Assembly: GCA_016699595.1 (NCBI GenBank)
Contig: CP064982.1
Coordinates: 11,647-75,646 of the forward strand
Direction: 5' to 3'
Length of the DNA stretch: 64,000 nucleotides
Source of the DNA: a bacterium
Lineage (GTDB): Bacteria > Patescibacteriota > Dojkabacteria > GCA-016699595
Positions 58,804 through 64,000 of this stretch are shown here, one piece after another; the first letter of the stretch is position 1; every line of letters begins with the position of its first letter. The notes below the pieces were generated by a model, which was not told where the DNA came from, searched no databases, and was given only the letters and a program-made list of their open reading frames with translations. The position numbers were made by a program, and so were the translations under genes.

Positions 58804-59274
58804 ATGATTGCAAAAAATAAACATATAGTTTATAAACCAAGCATTAAGTTTGCAAGGCAGAATAGAAAAATCATGAATAAGTATGAAGTTTTTATTTGGG
58901 TAGCACTGAAGGTTCTAAATAAAAAATACAGATATGGTTTTAGTAGACAAATTTGTTTTGGACCATATATCTTGGATTTTTATTCCAAAAAGTTAAAAAC
59001 AAATATTGAAGTAGATGGTGAAACTTACGAGTTCAAGGATAAAGAAGATTTTAAAAGAGATGAATATGTAAAAAATTATAGAATAAAGATAATTAGAATA
59101 ATAAATTCTGATGTTCTCAAATCATATAACTTTCTTGATGAATATCTAAATGAAATTATAATAAATTCTACTAACCTATCCGTCCCGCAAAGCGAGACAC
59201 CTTTCCTAAAAGGAAAGGAATATAATTATGTACAACCTCATATATCCACAATTCAACTCAAACACAAATCTTGA
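58804..59274 (+). CDS. DUF559 (Vsr-like endonuclease fold) domain protein
   Basis: YILDFYSKKLKTNIEVDGETYEF resembles the DUF559 core (..DF.....l.IEvDG..H). Confidence 0.5.
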   Translation: MIAKNKHIVYKPSIKFARQNRKIMNKYEVFIWVALKVLNKKYRYGFSRQICFGPYILDFYSKKLKTNIEVDGETYEFKDKEDFKRDEYVKNYRIKIIRIINSDVLKSYNFLDEYLNEIIINSTNLSVPQSETPFLKGKEYNYVQPHISTIQLKHKS

Positions 59275-59818
59275 GAGCCAAAAGCTTTTTGATTTGCTAA
59301 TAAACTATATTCCCAAACATCCTAAAGAAGAAGCGGATAAACTTCTTATGCTAAGCTATCTGAACAGTTGTGATAGACCATTTGAAAGAACAACGCTTCC
59401 ATCTCACTTTACAGGTTCTGCATTATTGGCCTCAAAAGATTTTTCAAAGATTCTATTGAACCATCATTTAAGTTTGGATAAATGGATTCAATTCGGTGGA
59501 CACGCTGATGGAAATGCAGATTTATTATCAGTGGCAAAAAGAGAGCTTGAAGAAGAGTCAGGAATTTTGACTGCTGAAGTTTACGATGAAAATATTTTCG
59601 ATGTTGATATTCAATTGATTCCTGCAAACCACACAAAAGGCGAGCCTGATCATTATCATTTAGATGTTAGATTTCTTTTTGTTACCGAAGCTGATGTAAA
59701 GTTCGAAGTCTCACATGAATCTTTGGAAATGCAATGGGTCAATGTTGCTGATACTAATGACTACAACAATGATTTTGGTTTTGTGAAAATGATAGAAAAG
59801 CTACGATCTTTAGTATAA
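59228..59818 (+). CDS. NUDIX hydrolase
   Basis: Nudix box GGHADGNADLLSVAKRELEEESGI; overlaps the previous ORF by 47 nt. Confidence 0.65.
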   Translation: MYNLIYPQFNSNTNLESQKLFDLLINYIPKHPKEEADKLLMLSYLNSCDRPFERTTLPSHFTGSALLASKDFSKILLNHHLSLDKWIQFGGHADGNADLLSVAKRELEEESGILTAEVYDENIFDVDIQLIPANHTKGEPDHYHLDVRFLFVTEADVKFEVSHESLEMQWVNVADTNDYNNDFGFVKMIEKLRSLV

Positions 59819-60403
59819 AGCTAAGCTATTAGTTCAACCTAATCCAGATCAGTTTATTAGAGTTTTCATGAAATTTGTAGCTACCAATAGTTATATTCCA
59901 ACAAAAGAACAGAACTTAATTCAGGTTGAAAGAAGAGGTGATGGGTTTGTCGTAGTTGAGTGGGATGGTATAGATTTAGGCGGTGATTAAATAGTTTTGA
60001 AAACAGAAATTTAGGCACAAAAAATTCACCACAACCACTTTTATCGAACCTCAGAAATCAAAGTTTCTGATATGAAATTCTTCAATCGAAACAGATAAAA
60101 TGTCGAGAAAGCTTACCTGAATCTACATTTCACCATTGAGTGGATCGTTATTAAGTCGATGATGAAGCACCATGTATACTGGTCAATAGTACGAACTAAC
60201 TTGAAAAAGCATAAGATTACAAGGTTCAAAATACAGCAATAATAACAGACATTCATTCGTCTTGATATTGGAGATAATAACTTTCTCGCGTTAGATTTCA
60301 ACATTCTCTAATTTATTTATATTTTTTTCAAAAGTTTGATAAGATTATTTATCTTTGATAAACTCATAAAAGTGAAAGAGAAGGTAATTGCAGCCATCAA
60401 AAG

Positions 60404-60750
60404 ATGGATATCAAGACTTACAAGAAAAAAGCATTGAGAACTGATTGGAAGACATATAATGACTTTCACACAGGCAAGAGTAGTCCTAGATTGGACTATG
60501 GAGTTATTGGACTAAGTACATCGTCGTGTCAGATTCTTGACTTGATAAAAAAAGCAAAAAGGGGAAAGACTATGACAATGAGATGATTTACAAAGAGTTG
60601 GGAGATTTACTTTGGTACTTGAATTTGGTGCTAGACGAACTTGAAATTAGTTTTGAAGAATTGATGGAAATGTCTATAGCACGAATTGATAAGAAGTATC
60701 CAAAATCCGATCCTGAAGCTTGCAAAGACATAGTTGGTGAATCCAACTAA
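60404..60750 (+). pseudogene. MazG-like NTP pyrophosphohydrolase disrupted by a frameshift in an A/G homopolymer region (~60547-60564)
   Basis: ORF 60404-60586 ends ...ILDLIKKAKRGKTMTMR*; the +1 frame continues KGKDYDNEMIYKELGDLLWYLNLVLDELEISFEEL (MazG EELGDvLWYL motif) to 60750. Confidence 0.5.
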
Positions 60751-60855
60751 ATTGGCAAGTTACACATGTTTTGTGGTAATGCCATAAACAAGGAAAGATT
60801 AGGAAAGTTAATTATTTGTCTGCCTAGAAGTTATATTGGTTGATTTCACAAAATC

Positions 60856-61269
60856 TCAAAGCGCATATTCTATAGATAGTTTCTTAAACTTCACAATCTT
60901 TCTAACTAGTTCATAATCTATATCCTTATCAAGTGGAAGCTGGATGCCACCTTTGCTTTTTTTGTAATTTCTCAGCTCTTTTTCAAAATGTTTATACACT
61001 TCTTCAGTTGGAGCAAAGAAAAGCCCTATATGTTTTTTGAATGCTGCAAAATAAATAACTAAATCTTGGGTCTTTGCTAGGGATGACGAGTTTGAAAGAT
61101 TAGTTTGAGATGAGGTTTTCAATCTAAAAGCTGGCATTTGGTAACTTATTACTTCTTGAGCTTCTGGCACCTCGTTTTTGATAATATTTCCGATATTACT
61201 AAGGATCACTTGAATGTCATTTGGAAAATTCGCGATGTATTCGTCAGTATTTTGAAAAGTGGTTTTCAT
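60856..61269 (-). CDS. DUF1801 (YdhG-like) domain protein
   Basis: TDEYIANFPNDIQVILSNIGNIIKNEVPEAQEVISYQMPAF ... HIGLFF. Confidence 0.45.
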   Translation of the reverse strand: MKTTFQNTDEYIANFPNDIQVILSNIGNIIKNEVPEAQEVISYQMPAFRLKTSSQTNLSNSSSLAKTQDLVIYFAAFKKHIGLFFAPTEEVYKHFEKELRNYKKSKGGIQLPLDKDIDYELVRKIVKFKKLSIEYAL

Positions 61270-61322
61270 TATTAGAATTATACTAAAAACATAGTGAAGT
61301 TTCGCAATAACTTGGAATCTAC

Positions 61323-62156
61323 TTGAAAATCTTTTATAATATTCCTATGAAAACAATTCTAATCACCGGTGCAACTTCTGGCATAGGTTTTGAAACTGCC
61401 AAAGCTCTAGCCAATCCTAGTACTCAACTTATACTTTTAGTCCGAAACCTAGAAAAAGGAGCAAAGGTCAAAAACACAATTGAGGAATTGAAGCCAGGCT
61501 CGATGATTAGACTAATTGAATGTGATTTTACTAGTTTGAATTCAATTCGAAGAGCTGCACAGGAAGTAAGGACTAAATTCAAATTTATAGATGTTTTGAT
61601 AAACAATGCAGGGATCTTGAATGAAAAGTACAAAGAAACCAAAGATGGATTTGAAGAAACATTTGGTGTGAATTTTCTAGCACCTTTCTTGCTAACTCAA
61701 GAACTTTTGCCATTGATTTTGGATAATCCAAATTTAGACAAAAGAATAGTCAATGTGAGTTCTGTTGCAAACAAGTTTGGAAAAGTTGATTTTGACAATT
61801 TGCAAAAGTTTTCTTCAAACCAATACTCCAATACAAAGTTAATGATAAATTTATGGACAATGAAACTTGCTAGAATGTATCCATCTATTTCAATCAATTG
61901 CCTTCATCCTGGCTATATCAAAACAGATATTTTCAGAAATCAATCAAATATATTTAAGACAATTACAAATTTGTTTTTCATTAGTCCAGAAAGAGGTGCG
62001 AAAACTACTATATTTCTTGCAACAAGTGATGATGCAAGAAATATCTCGGGGAAGTACTTCAATCATTGTGATGTAGTCAAGCCAAACAAAATGAGTTTTG
62101 ATGAGGCCTTGCAAGATAGACTTTGGGAGGTTGCTGAAAGCATGATCACAAGATAG
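61323..62156 (+). CDS. short-chain dehydrogenase/reductase (SDR)
   Basis: TGATSGIGFETAK (TGxxxGxG), NNAG, catalytic YSNTK (YxxxK). Confidence 0.8.
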   Translation: MKIFYNIPMKTILITGATSGIGFETAKALANPSTQLILLVRNLEKGAKVKNTIEELKPGSMIRLIECDFTSLNSIRRAAQEVRTKFKFIDVLINNAGILNEKYKETKDGFEETFGVNFLAPFLLTQELLPLILDNPNLDKRIVNVSSVANKFGKVDFDNLQKFSSNQYSNTKLMINLWTMKLARMYPSISINCLHPGYIKTDIFRNQSNIFKTITNLFFISPERGAKTTIFLATSDDARNISGKYFNHCDVVKPNKMSFDEALQDRLWEVAESMITR

Positions 62157-62194
62157 ATTTAAGCATGTATTTATCAAGGTGATAATTTAACCAA

Positions 62195-62851
62195 ATGCAA
62201 AAGTACTTAACTACTAAATTTTCAACGATACTTATAAGTGCAATTATCGTCTTGTCTTTTCTAGTTTCGGGTTATTTCTTTCCTAGACTGCCAGAGCAAG
62301 TGATCACTCATTGGGGAATGTCTGGAAATCCTGACGGGTATTCATCCAAAGCGATTGGTGCATTTATGATTCCTGCTATGATGTTGCTTTTTTTTCCTTT
62401 GTTTTACTTCTTACCAAGGGTCGATCCATTGAAAGAGAATTATAAAAGCTTTGACAAAAGTTACAATTTCATAATTATTAGCATATACAAATTTCTTCTT
62501 GTTATCCATATCATTTTGCTTCTTCAAAATATTGGACAAAAGTTTGACTTTGCAAAAGTAATGATTGTAATTTTTTCAGCCTTGTTCATAGCAATAGGTT
62601 CTGGTATCAAAGATTTGAAACGAAATTATTTTGCTGGTATCAGAACTCCTTGGACGATTAGTTCAGATGAAGTGTGGGGAAAAACTCATAAATTTGGAAG
62701 TAGGGCGATGATCTTGGGGGGTATAGTAGGATTGTTTGGATTGATAGTTCCACAATATGGCTTCTTGTTTGTATTTGTACCATTAGTTTTGTCAGTGTTA
62801 TTTACAGTGTTGTACTCATATTTGGAATGGAAAAAATTAACTGTGATATAA
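62195..62851 (+). CDS. SdpI/YhfL-family membrane protein with an N-terminal DUF1648-like region
   Basis: VITHWGMSGNPDGYSSK and GIRTPWTISSDEVWGKTHKFG motifs. Confidence 0.5.
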   Translation: MQKYLTTKFSTILISAIIVLSFLVSGYFFPRLPEQVITHWGMSGNPDGYSSKAIGAFMIPAMMLLFFPLFYFLPRVDPLKENYKSFDKSYNFIIISIYKFLLVIHIILLLQNIGQKFDFAKVMIVIFSALFIAIGSGIKDLKRNYFAGIRTPWTISSDEVWGKTHKFGSRAMILGGIVGLFGLIVPQYGFLFVFVPLVLSVLFTVLYSYLEWKKLTVI

Positions 62852-62863
62852 GTAAGTTACATC

Positions 62864-63205
62864 TCAATCATCTGATGGTGGATAAGAGCATACAATATTT
62901 TTTTCTGAAAATGTGCGAATCAGAACAGCTGTAAAAACAATCCTTGCCTCTGTTAATAAATTACAAAGTTCTATCATACCCCCCTCAGAGGGTACACTAT
63001 AAGTAATTAACTTTCTAACTTCCACAGTTCCACTAAGACCATGAGCAACAGAACCCTTACACTTAAACTCGTGTATAACTTTTTTCAATAAATTCTCAAA
63101 ATTTTGTTCAGGTAACATATTTGAAGGATCATTTGGGTCTCTAGGGATTGGAATCCCTACAATAAATTCTTCTTTCAACAGACTAATATTTGACATATGT
63201 GACAT
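62864..63205 (-). CDS. hypothetical protein
   Basis: 113-aa ORF; no recognised domain. Confidence 0.35.
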   Translation of the reverse strand: MSHMSNISLLKEEFIVGIPIPRDPNDPSNMLPEQNFENLLKKVIHEFKCKGSVAHGLSGTVEVRKLITYSVPSEGGMIELCNLLTEARIVFTAVLIRTFSEKNIVCSYPPSDD

Positions 63206-63397
63206 TATATCAAAGAAAATGATGTTGTCAATAATGATCTGATAGAGTCAAAAGTAATAAATAGAAGACAAAGCAAGATTAAACTATACAAAGATTAAAT
63301 ATAAAAATCGTAGTTTGCAATGTGACGAAAATCCTAGTAAGATATCAACTTATTGAAAAGTAAATAATATTAAAATATTACCTTAGTAATGACCAAC

Positions 63398-64000
63398 CTA
63401 AATACCAAGTTGCCTTGCACAACTCCATGCTGACCAGTTTGTACCACCTCCGCTCATTTCAAAAGCTTTGCTGATATTGTTCTGCGGATTTAGTAGCCAA
63501 TTTGGATCTGGTCTTCCTGGAAGATATCGGATTTGAAATAATCCATAGCTTGCTCCATACAAAACCCCGTTCTGCCAATATTGTAAGCCTAAGTCTCCTA
63601 CATTGTTTGTGTTTAAGTGGCTTTCACAATTTGCTATTGCTATTGCTTTGTCTGCATTGGCACCAAATGTAGCTCGAATCATGTCAGCAACTTCACCAGT
63701 AGCAACATTTGAATACTGCAAAGCCCGTGCTTGTGCAGCCTTCCGAGCAGCTTCTTCGGCTTTTCGTTTCTCAGCTGCGATTCTAGCAGCTTCAGCTTTT
63801 GCAGCTTGTTCAGCTTTGATTTTCTCTTGCTCTTGTAAGTAACTTTTCGCAGTTTCTATCCTTGTTGTATCTAGATTTAGATCAGGTAGTGTAAACTTTT
63901 TCAAATGCTCAGCAACATTCTCTTCTGCAAGTATAGAATCTGATTTATCATTCAATGAGATAAATAGACCTCCGGCAATTACAAATACAAATATGAAAAC
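63398..64000 (-). CDS. Rpf/transglycosylase-like lysozyme-fold protein with an Ala/Lys-rich coiled-coil linker and N-terminal membrane anchor (5' partial; the frame continues past the window end)
   Basis: C-terminal IANCESHLNTNNVGD ... GASYGLFQIR ... WSAWSC resembles the Rpf-type transglycosylase domain; the upstream in-frame VFIFVFVIAGGLFISL has no stop before position 64000. Confidence 0.5.
   Translation of the reverse strand, partial: VFIFVFVIAGGLFISLNDKSDSILAEENVAEHLKKFTLPDLNLDTTRIETAKSYLQEQEKIKAEQAAKAEAARIAAEKRKAEEAARKAAQARALQYSNVATGEVADMIRATFGANADKAIAIANCESHLNTNNVGDLGLQYWQNGVLYGASYGLFQIRYLPGRPDPNWLLNPQNNISKAFEMSGGGTNWSAWSCARQLGI

Overview
Low-GC (~33%) bacterial chromosomal window on the standard genetic code: TGA is used as a stop, e.g. 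at 5891-5893 and 22979-22981. Gene content, short intergenic spacers, missing partners of otherwise conserved operons and many membrane-anchored or secreted hypothetical proteins fit a small-genome, possibly episymbiotic bacterium (CPR/Patescibacteria-like). That lineage call is inference only. Positions 1-9.4 kb are housekeeping: pyrG 3' end, a tRNA-Lys/Arg/Thr cluster, NUDIX, rpmB, mreB overlapping a PBP2-like transpeptidase, dprA, then rpsB-tsf-frr with no pyrH between tsf and frr. Positions 9.4-28 kb mix hypotheticals with recognisable genes: rseP, a tandem pair of paralogous surface proteins, tRNA-Pro, rpsU, a CapA-like metallophosphatase, dnaX-ybaB-recR, a beta-CASP ribonuclease and a 630-aa protein of unknown function. 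Positions 28.3-33.2 kb hold a type IV pilin-like cluster (three prepilin-type genes, a DUF2085 membrane protein, and a coiled-coil protein carrying in-frame tandem DNA repeats). Positions 33.2-44.1 kb: a uvrC lacking the HhH domain, two giant surface-adhesin-like proteins (cadherin/beta-propeller and BNR/SdrD-B) flanking mraY and an S51 peptidase, and a transglutaminase-like/YbaK-like gene group. Positions 44.1-48 kb: a 670-bp spacer with a perfect 16-bp palindrome and two mini-ORFs, followed by an ECF-type sigma factor and an 865-aa single-TM putative anti-sigma factor. From tRNA-Leu/Gln (49.9 kb) to the window end lies an accessory-looking block of stress, detox and repair genes. It contains corA, a GT-C glycosyltransferase, an MsrP-like molybdopterin domain, photolyase, a CaCA exchanger, three PhnB/VOC domains, DUF4287, YwqK/OmdA, DUF559, a second NUDIX, a frameshifted MazG, DUF1801, an SDR, an SdpI-like protein and an Rpf-like transglycosylase. 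No CRISPR, rRNA, integrase or transposase was seen. Two genes (pilin 1 and one PhnB) have conserved N-terminal coding sequence upstream of any canonical start codon, which suggests AUU/AUA initiation or start-codon decay.
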